Source: an uncultured Azospirillum sp. (lineage in GTDB: Bacteria; Pseudomonadota; Alphaproteobacteria; RF32; CAG-239). From it: a stretch of DNA of 29,090 nucleotides. Numbering within the stretch: position 1 is the stretch's first letter; each line of letters starts with the position of its first letter. Below, one piece after another: positions 9,044 to 18,574 of this stretch. The position numbers and the translations under genes are program-made. A model generated the notes under the pieces. The model saw only the letters and a program-made list of their open reading frames with translations, did not search any database and was not told the DNA's origin. The stretch is taken from the NCBI GenBank assembly GCA_902489675.1, contig CABUAP010000001.1, positions 1-29,090 of the forward strand. Reading direction: 5' to 3'.

Positions 9044-11170
9044 ATGAATAACTTAAAAGTATCCACCCGCGAAATGGAATGGGGCGGACGCAAGCTGGTA
9101 TTGGAAACCGGCAAAGTCGCCAAACAGGCAACCGGCTCGGTTGTCGTTACCTATGGCGGCACCAAAGTGCTGGCAACCGTTTGCGCAGCCAAAGAGGCAA
9201 AAGCCGATCAGGACTTTTTCCCCTTAACCGTAAACTATCAGGAAAAATATTATGCCACCGGCAAAGTACCCGGCGGCTTCATGAAAAGAGAAGGCAAGCC
9301 TTCTGAACACGAGGTTCTGGTTTCCCGCCTGATCGATCGTCCGATTCGCCCGTTGTTCCCGGATGCTTTTAAGAACGAAGTACAGATCATCTGCACCACA
9401 CTCTGCCATGACCAAAAGACCACATCGGACGTGGTGGCAATGATTGCCGCTTCCGCCGCTCTGGCTGTTTCGGGCATCCCGTTTATGGGACCGATCGGCG
9501 CCGCCAAAGTCGGTTACAAAGACGGAGAATTTATCTTAAACCCAACCATTGACGAACAAAAAGAATCTGAACTCGAATTGACCGTTGCCGGCACCAAAGA
9601 AGGCGTGCTGATGGTAGAATCTGAAGCCGGTGAGCTCTCGGAAGAAACCATGTTAAACGCGGTGATGTTCGGTTTTGACAGCTTCCAACCGGTGATCGAC
9701 ATGATCTGTGATCTGGCTAAAGAAGCCGGCAAAGAAGCTTGGGAAGCCCCCGCATTTCCGAAAGAATTTGACGAAATGTACGAACGTATCGCCAAGGCTT
9801 TCCGCAGCCGCTACGAACAAGCGTTTACCGAAACCGACAAGCTCAAACGCGGTACCTTAGTTGGTCAACTGGACGAAGAAGTCAAAGCCGGCATTGATCC
9901 CGAAAACGAAATTGAGAACAAATATCTGCTTGATGTGCTGGAAAAATTAAAACACGTTGTTGTCCGCGAAAAAGTTCTGTCAACCGGCAAGCGTATTGAC
10001 GGTCGCGATACCAAAACCGTCCGCCCGATTTGGTGCGAAGTCGACGTGCTGCCGACGGCTCACGGTTCCGCCATCTTTACCCGCGGCGAAACTCAGGCTT
10101 TGGTTGTTACCACGCTTGGCACCGGCGAAGATGCGCAAATTATCGACGGTTTGATGAGCGAGTACAAAGAAGACTTTATGCTCAACTATAACTTCCCGCC
10201 GTTCTCGGTCGGAGAATGCGGACGCATGGGCAGTCCCGGACGTCGCGAAATCGGCCATGGTAAACTGGCTTGGCGCGCCATCCACCCGATGATGCCCAAA
10301 GATAAAGACGCTTTCCCCTACACCATCCGCGTCGTATCCGAAATTTTGGAGTCGAACGGTTCTTCTTCAATGGCCACCGTTTGCGGCACCACCATGTCAC
10401 TGATGGCCGCCGGCGTACCGATGGCCAAGCCGGTTGCCGGTATTGCCATGGGACTGATCAAGGAAGATGACGGCCGCGTTGCCATTTTGACCGACATTCT
10501 GGGTGACGAAGATCATCTGGGCGACATGGACTTCAAAGTTGCCGGTACCAAAGACGGCGTAACCGCTTTGCAGATGGATATCAAAATCACGTCCATCACC
10601 AAGGAAATCATGAAAAACGCACTGGCTCAGGCACACGAAGGCCGCATCCACATTTTGGGTGAAATGGCCAAAACCATTGCCGAACCGCGCCCGCACGTAG
10701 CCGAACACGCTCCTCGCATTATTGCGCTGAAAATTCCGGTCGACAAAATCCGTGAAGTTATCGGCTCTTGGAGTTGGTTTATTCGTGAAATTACCGAAAA
10801 AACCAACTCCAAGATCGATATCAGCGATGACGGCGTTATCCGTATCGCCACGGTCAACAGCGCCGACGGACAGGCCGCTCTTGACTGGATCATGGGCATT
10901 GTGGCCGAACCGGAAGAAGGTAAAATCTATAAAGGTGTTATTACCAAAATTATGGATTTCGGCGCTTTCGTAAAATTTGTCGGCACGACCGAAGGACTGG
11001 TTCACATATCCGAAGTCAAAAACGAACGCATTGCCTCTGTTTCCGACTTTTACAAAGAAGGTGACAGTATCTGGGTTAAATGCTTAGGCATGGACAACCG
11101 CGGCAAGTTCAAACTCTCGGCCAAACGGGTCAATCAGGAAACCGGTGAAGATTTGGAAAACGCCAAATAA
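9044..11170 (+). CDS. pnp: Polyribonucleotide nucleotidyltransferase (PNPase); KH GxxG loop altered
   Basis: [49 protein letters not shown] and S1 (EGLVHISE) domains. Confidence 0.98.
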   Translation: MNNLKVSTREMEWGGRKLVLETGKVAKQATGSVVVTYGGTKVLATVCAAKEAKADQDFFPLTVNYQEKYYATGKVPGGFMKREGKPSEHEVLVSRLIDRPIRPLFPDAFKNEVQIICTTLCHDQKTTSDVVAMIAASAALAVSGIPFMGPIGAAKVGYKDGEFILNPTIDEQKESELELTVAGTKEGVLMVESEAGELSEETMLNAVMFGFDSFQPVIDMICDLAKEAGKEAWEAPAFPKEFDEMYERIAKAFRSRYEQAFTETDKLKRGTLVGQLDEEVKAGIDPENEIENKYLLDVLEKLKHVVVREKVLSTGKRIDGRDTKTVRPIWCEVDVLPTAHGSAIFTRGETQALVVTTLGTGEDAQIIDGLMSEYKEDFMLNYNFPPFSVGECGRMGSPGRREIGHGKLAWRAIHPMMPKDKDAFPYTIRVVSEILESNGSSSMATVCGTTMSLMAAGVPMAKPVAGIAMGLIKEDDGRVAILTDILGDEDHLGDMDFKVAGTKDGVTALQMDIKITSITKEIMKNALAQAHEGRIHILGEMAKTIAEPRPHVAEHAPRIIALKIPVDKIREVIGSWSWFIREITEKTNSKIDISDDGVIRIATVNSADGQAALDWIMGIVAEPEEGKIYKGVITKIMDFGAFVKFVGTTEGLVHISEVKNERIASVSDFYKEGDSIWVKCLGMDNRGKFKLSAKRVNQETGEDLENAK

Positions 11171-11190
11171 TCATCCGTAACGGATACCTC

Positions 11191-11225
11191 AAAAAAAAAG
11201 CCGTCTGAAATTCAGGCGGCTTTTT
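11191..11225. terminator. Bidirectional terminator between pnp and a convergent ORF
   Basis: A9-GCCGTCTGAA-A-TTCAGGCGGC-T5. Confidence 0.85.
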
Positions 11226-11260
11226 AGTTTCATTCTCTTTTTATCCGGCTGGCACCGATA

Positions 11261-11640
11261 TTCACGACTCTACTTCTTCAACCTTATAATCACAGGTTTC
11301 TTTCAGATAATAATTTATCATCTCATCTCCGTAAACATGGATAATAAACGCGGTGTAACCTAAAATAATAAGTCTTATGCTCATTAATACTTTAAACTTG
11401 TTAAAGCCTTTTACATACCACTTCCAATAACGATCAGGCATAAAGCTTTCATAAAAAGCTATAATAAGCCACAACGCGGCGTATATGACCATCCCAAACG
11501 ACGGCATAATGAACAGAAAGGGAATTATGAAAAGCATTGTAAAAACACACAGCAATTCCAAACAGCACACGACAATCCTCAGTAAAATTTTAATAACTTC
11601 GGTTTTCGTAAGCGATAAAAATTTCACGACTCTTTTTCTT
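11261..11640. repeat. Imperfect direct repeat (16/18) at both ends of the 121-aa gene
   Basis: TTCACGACTCTACTTCTT at 11261-11278 and TTCACGACTCTTTTTCTT at 11623-11640; first 11 nt identical. Confidence 0.7.
11262..11627 (-). CDS. Hypothetical membrane protein (about 3 TM segments), AT-rich
   Basis: 121-aa ORF, GTG start with purine-rich upstream (AAGGAAAGAAAAAGAG), three hydrophobic stretches. Confidence 0.7.
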   Translation of the reverse strand: MKFLSLTKTEVIKILLRIVVCCLELLCVFTMLFIIPFLFIMPSFGMVIYAALWLIIAFYESFMPDRYWKWYVKGFNKFKVLMSIRLIILGYTAFIIHVYGDEMINYYLKETCDYKVEEVES

Positions 11641-11662
11641 TCCTTACCACTGATAAAAAATG

Positions 11663-11905
11663 TTATTTGCCGTCAAACAGTTTGTTAATAGTTTTATCGA
11701 CAAACGCCCCTGCCGTCTCACCAATCACAGGATTCAAAATTTCCCTCATCACCGGCGCCCCCGCTACACCAAAAACCCCTCTGGTTATCTTCCTGCCTGC
11801 TACGCCTCCAGCAATATTACTCAGCACATTTTTAACATAATCGCCGCCGCGATTTTCACTGCTGCCCACGCCATAAGCTATGCCAAAGTCAATACCAAAT
11901 AACAA
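11663..11905 (-). pseudogene. Gly/Ala-rich ORF fragment lacking a convincing start (possible C-terminal remnant)
   Basis: Protein-like ...NVLSNIAGGVAGRKITRGVFGVAGAPV...GETAGAFVDKTINKLFDGK; only a TTG without RBS or a start overlapping the upstream gene. Confidence 0.4.
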
Positions 11906-11979
11906 TTCGCAAAAAAAAGTGCCGTCCGGGATCGTTAAAAACACGAACGCAAAAACGTCCCGCTTTCTTCCGGAAAAAA

Positions 11980-12246
11980 CTACATAACCAGCAGTGCCGC
12001 AAGCGAGCAAACAATGACGACATAACAAAACGGCTTCCAATACCGGCTGTCCTTGTAACCGACCAGATAAACGTCAAGCACGGGAAGAATGACATAAAAG
12101 AAAATATCCCACCAAAAACCGTTATATTCCGGCATAAAGAAAATGATGCGGACGAGAGCCACCGTCAGCAAAACCGCTGCGGCCGCGCCCAGAAAAGGCA
12201 GTTTTTCCCAACTCAAAGCTTTTCTCCTTTCCTGAAAGTCAGTCAA
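11980..12246 (-). CDS. Hypothetical small membrane protein (about 3 TM)
   Basis: 88 aa, hydrophobic segments; TTG start overlaps the upstream stop (TTGACTGA). Confidence 0.65.
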   Translation of the reverse strand: MTDFQERRKALSWEKLPFLGAAAAVLLTVALVRIIFFMPEYNGFWWDIFFYVILPVLDVYLVGYKDSRYWKPFCYVVIVCSLAALLVM

Positions 12247-12541
12247 CGGGATACAACAGAATTAACGTTTCAATTTCCGACGAAAAAACATATGTCAGCA
12301 ACAGAAGAAGCAGACAAACACTGCTGAAAACCGCCGCCATCTTCCGACATTCGGGAGAAGTCAAATTAAATTGGAGCCATTTAAGCATAAAAATCAAGGG
12401 AACAAATACCCCCAACTCCACCCAACTCAGCCGGTGAGCCATGCCGAATTCAAACATCCATTTGAGAATGACCCACAATGCCAAAACGGCAAAGATGACG
12501 ACCGGACGCCGGCTGCTCTTCTGTTCTGTATCGCTTTCCAT
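12239..12541 (-). CDS. Hypothetical small membrane protein (about 3 TM)
   Basis: ATG at 12541 (MESDTEQKSSRRPVVIFAVLALW...), 100 aa, three hydrophobic segments. Confidence 0.65.
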   Translation of the reverse strand: MESDTEQKSSRRPVVIFAVLALWVILKWMFEFGMAHRLSWVELGVFVPLIFMLKWLQFNLTSPECRKMAAVFSSVCLLLLLLTYVFSSEIETLILLYPVD

Positions 12542-12633
12542 AATGCTTTGATAACACACTCCCGTTGAAAAATCCACCATAAACAACAAGTTGTATACAC
12601 AACCGGCCGGACGCAAAAAGGCGTTATTTGTGC

Positions 12634-12662
12634 TTGCAATAATGAAAGAGAAGTTATAGGCT
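12634..12662 (+). promoter_or_regulatory. Putative sigma70 promoter of the pyrophosphatase gene
   Basis: TTGCAA-17 nt-TAGGCT, 47 nt upstream of the ATG at 12710. Confidence 0.55.
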
Positions 12663-12709
12663 GGCTGCATTAAGTTGTTTAACCCAATTTGATAATAAGG
12701 AATTATATT

Positions 12710-15133
12710 ATGAAATTTTTTAAGAAATACAGCTGGATTGCCACGGCAGCCACGCTGTTTTTATGCCTTTTCTGCCAAACGGCGCAGGCTTCGGAAATTG
12801 ATTTGAAGATTCCGCTGCTTGATGTGGAATATGACCTTTGGGGCTTTGCCGTCACCGGCTCGCAGATTTTGCTTTACGGCCTTGTCATCTGCGCTTTAGG
12901 TATGCTTTTCGGCCTTTACGAATTTTGCAAAATCAAAAAAATGCCGGCTCATAAATCTATGCTGCAAATCGCATCCCTGATTTATGAAACCTGCAAAACC
13001 TACATGAAACAACAAGCGGTGCTGCTGGTTATTCTGGAAGCCTTCATCGCCGTTTGTATTTTCTACTATTTCTTTTTCCTAAACCAAACCCCGCTGCCGA
13101 TGGTCATGAACATTTTGCTGTGGTCGGTGTTGGGTATTCTCGGTTCGTTTTCGGTTGCCTGGTTCGGTATGCGTATCAACACCTATGCCAACGCCCGCAC
13201 GGCTTTTGCCTCGCTTAAAGGCAACGCATTTCCGGTCATGAGCCTGCCGCTGCGCTCCGGTATGTCGATCGGCGTTCTTCTGATCTGCGTCGAACTGGTA
13301 ATGATGATCGTCATTCTGCTGTTCATCCCGCGGGAAAACGCCGGCGCCTGCTTTATCGGCTTTGCCATCGGCGAATCCCTCGGCGCTTCGGCCCTGCGCA
13401 TCTGCGGCGGCATTTTCACCAAAATCGCCGACATCGGTGCCGACCTGATGAAAATCATTTTCAAAATTGACGAAGACGATGCCCGCAACCCGGGCGTAAT
13501 TGCCGACTGTACCGGTGACAATGCCGGCGATTCCGTCGGCCCGACCGCCGATGGTTTTGAAACTTACGGCGTGACCGGCGTGGCTCTCATCAGCTTTATC
13601 GTTCTTGCCGCCGGCATGAGTTATACGGCAGACGGCAGTTTGGCATTGATGGCGGACGGTATTGACATTCAGGCTCGTTTGATTGTCTGGATCTTCACCA
13701 TGCGCTTGCTGATGATTGCAACTTCTGTTGTTTCTTATATGATCAACAACTGGATTTCCAAACTGCGTTTCGGCAGCAAAAAAGATTTTGACTTTGAAGT
13801 GCCGCTGACATCGCTGGTCTGGATCACCTCGCTGCTCTCAATCGCCGTTACCTTTGGCGTTTCTTACGTTATGATCGGCAGCATGGGCGAAGACCTGTGG
13901 TGGAAGCTCTCGATCATCATCAGTTGCGGCACTTTGGCGGCAGCGCTGATCCCCGAGTTCACCAAAATCTTTACCTCGTCAAAATCCAAACATGTTCAGG
14001 AAATTGTTGACGCCAGCCGCGAAGCCGGTGCCTCGCTCAACATCATTTCCGGTATTGTGGCCGGCAACTTCTCCGCTTTCTGGAAAGGTTTGGTCATGAT
14101 CGGCCTGATGACGGTCGCCTATTTTGCTTCCGTCAACGGTTTGGACGGCTACATGGTCTACCCGACCGTATTTGCTTTTGGTCTGGTTGCCTTCGGAATG
14201 CTCGGCATGGGTCCGGTAACAATCGCTGTCGACAGCTACGGCCCGGTAACCGACAATGCCCAATCAGTCTTTGAACTTTCTCAGATTGAACAGATCAAAG
14301 GAATTGACAAAGAAATCGAAAAAGATTACGGCTTCAAACCCGATTTTGAAACCGGCAAAGAACTGCTGGAGAAAAACGATTCGGCCGGCAATACTTTTAA
14401 AGCCACGGCCAAACCGGTGTTGATCGGCACTGCCGTGATCGGCGCTACCACCATGATCTTTTCGATTATCCTGCTCTTAAACCTCGAGTTGAATCTGATG
14501 AATCCGATGGTTCTGTTCGGCCTGCTTTTGGGCGGCGCCGTCATCTACTGGTTCTCGGGTGCTTCGATGCAGGCCGTTTCAACCGGCGCCTACCGTGCGG
14601 TTGCCTACATCAAAGAGCATATCAAACTCGACACCAACCAAGCCGCTTCGATCGAAGATTCCAAGAAAGTGGTTAAAATCTGCACTATCTATGCGCAAAA
14701 GGGGATGTTTAACATCTTTATGGTCATTTTCTGCTTTACCATTGCTTTTGCCTGTTTCAATGCGGATCTGTTTGCCAGCTATCTGATTTCGATCGCAGCC
14801 TTTGGTCTGTTCCAGGCTCTGTATATGGCCAATGCCGGCGGCGCTTGGGATAATGCCAAAAAAGTGGTTGAGGTTGACTTGAAAGAAAAAGGCACGCCGC
14901 TGCATGACGCGGCAGTGGTCGGCGATACCGTCGGCGATCCTTACAAAGACACCTCGTCGGTTGCCTTAAACCCGATCATCAAATTCACCACTTTGTTCGG
15001 CCTTTTGGCGGTTGAGATGGCGGTTGCCGCCCCCCGCTGCCTGTCGCTTGGACTTGGCGTCACGTTTTTCCTGATCGGCCTGATTTTCGTATGGCGGTCA
15101 TTCTACCGTATGCGGATCAGCTCGCAGAAATAA
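12710..15133 (+). CDS. hppA: Membrane-bound cation-translocating pyrophosphatase, divergent subfamily
   Basis: GGIFTKIADIGADL, EDDARNPGVIADCTGDNAGD, DSYGPVTDNA, GNTFKA, GGAWDNAKK, GDTVGDPYKDT; many TM helices. Confidence 0.95.
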   Translation: MKFFKKYSWIATAATLFLCLFCQTAQASEIDLKIPLLDVEYDLWGFAVTGSQILLYGLVICALGMLFGLYEFCKIKKMPAHKSMLQIASLIYETCKTYMKQQAVLLVILEAFIAVCIFYYFFFLNQTPLPMVMNILLWSVLGILGSFSVAWFGMRINTYANARTAFASLKGNAFPVMSLPLRSGMSIGVLLICVELVMMIVILLFIPRENAGACFIGFAIGESLGASALRICGGIFTKIADIGADLMKIIFKIDEDDARNPGVIADCTGDNAGDSVGPTADGFETYGVTGVALISFIVLAAGMSYTADGSLALMADGIDIQARLIVWIFTMRLLMIATSVVSYMINNWISKLRFGSKKDFDFEVPLTSLVWITSLLSIAVTFGVSYVMIGSMGEDLWWKLSIIISCGTLAAALIPEFTKIFTSSKSKHVQEIVDASREAGASLNIISGIVAGNFSAFWKGLVMIGLMTVAYFASVNGLDGYMVYPTVFAFGLVAFGMLGMGPVTIAVDSYGPVTDNAQSVFELSQIEQIKGIDKEIEKDYGFKPDFETGKELLEKNDSAGNTFKATAKPVLIGTAVIGATTMIFSIILLLNLELNLMNPMVLFGLLLGGAVIYWFSGASMQAVSTGAYRAVAYIKEHIKLDTNQAASIEDSKKVVKICTIYAQKGMFNIFMVIFCFTIAFACFNADLFASYLISIAAFGLFQALYMANAGGAWDNAKKVVEVDLKEKGTPLHDAAVVGDTVGDPYKDTSSVALNPIIKFTTLFGLLAVEMAVAAPRCLSLGLGVTFFLIGLIFVWRSFYRMRISSQK

Positions 15134-15150
15134 ACGTCGATAATCGACAC

Positions 15151-15197
15151 GCAATAAAAATCCTCAAAATTGCTCATAATTTTGAGGATTTTATTGC
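15151..15197. terminator. Long AT-rich hairpin after hppA
   Basis: GCAATAAAAATCCTCAAAATT ... AATTTTGAGGATTTTATTGC. Confidence 0.7.
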
Positions 15198-15222
15198 ATA
15201 TTCATTTTATATCCTATAGTAT
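15194..15222 (+). promoter_or_regulatory. Putative sigma70 promoter of lptF (near-leaderless)
   Basis: TTGCAT-17 nt-TAGTAT ending 8 nt before the ATG; no Shine-Dalgarno. Confidence 0.6.
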
Positions 15223-15230
15223 CGCCTAAA

Positions 15231-16343
15231 ATGAAAAAGTTAAATATTTACATCTCCCGCCAAATACTTGTCGGGTTCTTGCTGGTCACCTTTTCGTTGA
15301 TGTCGATTTTGTGGCTCACTCAGTCTTTGCGCTTTGTCGAACTTGTCACTAACAAAGGGCTGCCGCTCAGCTTATTCATCAAGATGACCTCCTGCCTGAT
15401 GCCGCGCCTGTTTGCCCTGCTTTCGCCGATCTCGCTGTTTGTGGCGGTGCTGTTTGTTTATAACCGGATGCTCTCCGACCGGGAACTGGTGGTGATGCAG
15501 TCGGCAGGCATCAGCCCCTGGCAAAATGCCAAACCGGCATTTTATGTCGGTCTGCTCATGTCTTTTTTCGGCCTTTATGTTAACAACTTTGCCATTCCCG
15601 ACGCCGAAAAAGCTTTCGCCGATCTTGAGTGGCAGGTCAAAAACGATGTTTCTCATCTGATGTTTCGGGAAGGGGAATTTACCGCCTTGCAAAACGGGCT
15701 GACGGTTTTTATCACTGCTCACGAAAAAGACGGCTCGGTGAAGGGCGTTTTGATCAATGATGAACGCGATCTCAAAAACAAAGTTACGGTTTCGGCCGAA
15801 CACGGCGTCATTGTCTATACCGACCAAGGCCCCCGGCTGATCATGATTAACGGCGTCCGCCAGGAAATCAGCAACAAAACCGGCCAGTTTTCTTCACTTT
15901 CGTTTGACCGTTACTCAATTGACTTCGGCTCTTCTTCATCCGGCAAAAAACGTGACGATTCGGCACGTTCCAAAACGCTTAGGGAGCTGTTTGACGCCAA
16001 GTCCAACCCCGACTTGACACCGCAGGAAGTCAACCGCTACATTTTGGAAGGCCACCGCCGATTGATGAACCCGTTTTATAATCTGGTCATGGCTTGTACC
16101 GGCCTTCTGGTCGGCAATTTTAACCGCCGCGGACAGGGAAAAATTATTTCATTTTCGATCGCGGCGATGGTTTTGATCGAAGCCGGCGATCTGGCTTTCG
16201 GCAACCTCTGCGGCAAGAGCCTTTATTTCCTGTCGCTGCTCTATGCCAACTTACTTCTGCCTTTTGTTATTTGTCTGTATTTACTGTTTTTTTATAATCC
16301 GGCTTGGCTTGTTCGCCGGCAGAAATCCGGAGCGCATAAATAA
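15231..16343 (+). CDS. lptF: LPS export ABC transporter permease, LptF/LptG family (LptF-like)
   Basis: WLTQSLR, SDRELVVMQSAGISP, periplasmic beta-rich region, six TM; upstream of lptD. Confidence 0.85.
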   Translation: MKKLNIYISRQILVGFLLVTFSLMSILWLTQSLRFVELVTNKGLPLSLFIKMTSCLMPRLFALLSPISLFVAVLFVYNRMLSDRELVVMQSAGISPWQNAKPAFYVGLLMSFFGLYVNNFAIPDAEKAFADLEWQVKNDVSHLMFREGEFTALQNGLTVFITAHEKDGSVKGVLINDERDLKNKVTVSAEHGVIVYTDQGPRLIMINGVRQEISNKTGQFSSLSFDRYSIDFGSSSSGKKRDDSARSKTLRELFDAKSNPDLTPQEVNRYILEGHRRLMNPFYNLVMACTGLLVGNFNRRGQGKIISFSIAAMVLIEAGDLAFGNLCGKSLYFLSLLYANLLLPFVICLYLLFFYNPAWLVRRQKSGAHK

Positions 16344-18559
16344 TGTCATTCAAATCATTTAAATACGCCTTACTTTCGGTTTGTTTCGGAAGCGCCGCAA
16401 TGCTTCCGTTCTGGTCATTTGCCGAAAATACCCCTGCCCCCAAACGGGAACATTCGGAGGTGCATTTCAGCGCCGATCAGGTGGAGGAAAATGCCAAAAC
16501 CAAAGTGATTACCGCTACCGGCAACGTCAGCATTCTCCGGGAAGGAACCGCTTTAACCGCCGACAAAGTGACTTATGACCGCAAAAACGACAAAATCACC
16601 GCAGCCGGCAATGTGGTCATTACCCAACCGGACGGTTCCATCGTTTTTGCCGATGATGCCGAATTAGAAGATAAAATGTCAAAAGGCGCCATCCATGAGG
16701 TCAAAATGATTTTGGCGGACGAAAGCCGGGTGGCTGCCCGCCGGATCAAACAATCGGAAAATAAAAATAAATACTTCTTTTACGGCGTCTACTCGCCCTG
16801 CGATGTCTGCGAGGACAACCCTTCTCCTTTGTGGCAGATAAAAGCCCGCAAAATTACCCATGACGCCGCCAATCAGGACGTTTATTATCAGGACGCATTT
16901 ATTCAAATCAAAGACGTCCCAGTTTTTTACACGCCTTTTATGTCCCATCCCGACCCGACCGTCAAACGCCGCTCCGGCTTTTTGCCGCCGTCAATGCGCT
17001 CAACCTCTTATCTCGGCAGTTCGCTTGAGCTTCGATACTTTTGGAACATTTCCGACCACGAAGATTTGCTGTTCTCGCCAATCTTAAGTGCGGATCAGGG
17101 AATCATTTGGGGCGGTCGTTATCGCAAAATGCTCTATAACGGCGAGTTAACTATGTCCGGCACCTACATGAAAGACAAGGACAGCAAAGAAAACCGCTAC
17201 AACATTTTTGCTAACGGACGTTTTGAACTCAACGATTTGTGGCTGGGCAGTTTTGATATCAATTATGCTTCCGACAGTTCCTACCTGAAAGATTTGTCCT
17301 TACCGGGCAAAACCGAAACCTGGCTGACTTCACACGCCGCGCTGGAACGGTTTGACAACCGCGACTATACCGCAATCGAGGCTTATTCCTACAAATTAGT
17401 CAGCTATTCGCTAAAAGAATATCATACGTCCGAGTTCGAGAAACGCGATTACAGCAAACCGTATATTTTCCCCGAAATAACCTATGAACATATCGGTGAT
17501 ACCAATAGCTACGGCGCCTATTTTAAAAACACCGTTAATACCGCTTCCGTTTACCGTGAGCGTGACGAAACCAAGACCCAACGCGCAACCATGATCAATT
17601 CATGGAACTTGCCCTACACCAGCCCGTTTGGCGAAAAATACAAGTTTGTGGCCTCGGTCAAATCCGATGTCTACTATATTGACAAATATATTAACAATCA
17701 GGATAACAGCTATACCGGCGCCGTCGGACGCGTATTCCCGCAGGCCGGGGTGGAATGGCGGCTGCCTTTTGTTAAGGCGACCGAAAATTCACGCCAAATT
17801 ATCGAGCCGATTATCGTTGCCGTTGCCGCGCCGAACGGAGGCAACAAAATCAACAAAATCCCGAACGAAGACAGTTTAAACGCACAGTTAGACGATACCA
17901 ACATTTTAAATCTGGATCGTTATAACGGTTATGACCGAAACGATACCGGCAGCCGTATCAGCTATGGCTTTAACTGGAGTTCTTACGGCAACATCATCGG
18001 CCGTACCTCCATGTTTATTGCCCAAAGCTACTACTTTGACGAAGACGAAAGCTTTTCGCAAAGCCTTGGCGACAACAGCCATTTCAGCGACTATGTCGGC
18101 CGGGTCTATGCCTCACCGGCCTCATATCTGGACTTCAATTACCGGTTCCGCATCGATCGCACCAATTATCAACTGAAATATAACGAAATCAACGCCAAAA
18201 TCGGCCCCGACATCCTGTCTGCTTATATTTCTTTTACCTCCATCAAAGGGCGAAAGGACAACCGCGCCGACAGCAGCTTGTACTTTTTTGATGATTATCG
18301 GGAAAGAAAAGAGCTTTATACCTCCATTCAGGCAAAAATTTCCCGCGACTGGAGAATCACGGCCTATAACCGTCAGGACCTGACCAAAGGCTCCGTCGGT
18401 TCGCTTGAACACGGCGGTAAGATAATTTATGAGGACGAATGCTTTAAATTGGTCTTTGACATTCATAAATACAATTCGACCGACCCGGACTATGATGACG
18501 GTTACGAATATTCCGCCACCTTCCTGCTGAAAACACTCGGCGGCGTCGGTTCCAACTAA
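16343..18559 (+). CDS. lptD: LPS assembly outer-membrane protein LptD
   Basis: OstA-like N-terminus (TATGNV, LTADKVTYD), YSPC..C, PLWQIKA, RRSGFLPP, PNEDS, Y.DECF, LKTLG end. Confidence 0.93.
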   Translation: MSFKSFKYALLSVCFGSAAMLPFWSFAENTPAPKREHSEVHFSADQVEENAKTKVITATGNVSILREGTALTADKVTYDRKNDKITAAGNVVITQPDGSIVFADDAELEDKMSKGAIHEVKMILADESRVAARRIKQSENKNKYFFYGVYSPCDVCEDNPSPLWQIKARKITHDAANQDVYYQDAFIQIKDVPVFYTPFMSHPDPTVKRRSGFLPPSMRSTSYLGSSLELRYFWNISDHEDLLFSPILSADQGIIWGGRYRKMLYNGELTMSGTYMKDKDSKENRYNIFANGRFELNDLWLGSFDINYASDSSYLKDLSLPGKTETWLTSHAALERFDNRDYTAIEAYSYKLVSYSLKEYHTSEFEKRDYSKPYIFPEITYEHIGDTNSYGAYFKNTVNTASVYRERDETKTQRATMINSWNLPYTSPFGEKYKFVASVKSDVYYIDKYINNQDNSYTGAVGRVFPQAGVEWRLPFVKATENSRQIIEPIIVAVAAPNGGNKINKIPNEDSLNAQLDDTNILNLDRYNGYDRNDTGSRISYGFNWSSYGNIIGRTSMFIAQSYYFDEDESFSQSLGDNSHFSDYVGRVYASPASYLDFNYRFRIDRTNYQLKYNEINAKIGPDILSAYISFTSIKGRKDNRADSSLYFFDDYRERKELYTSIQAKISRDWRITAYNRQDLTKGSVGSLEHGGKIIYEDECFKLVFDIHKYNSTDPDYDDGYEYSATFLLKTLGGVGSN

Positions 18560-18574
18560 TCAAGGAGTTACCCT

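Noticed and set aside
11200..11220. Neisseria DNA uptake sequence GCCGTCTGAA forming the pnp terminator stem
   Set aside because: I noticed only one exact copy and the partner arm is imperfect; genuine DUS genomes carry many per 29 kb, so chance is the simpler explanation
16070..16130. LptF TM segment (PFYNLVMACTGLLVG) looks a few residues short
   Set aside because: Cannot be judged without an alignment; frame intact and no repeat signature seen
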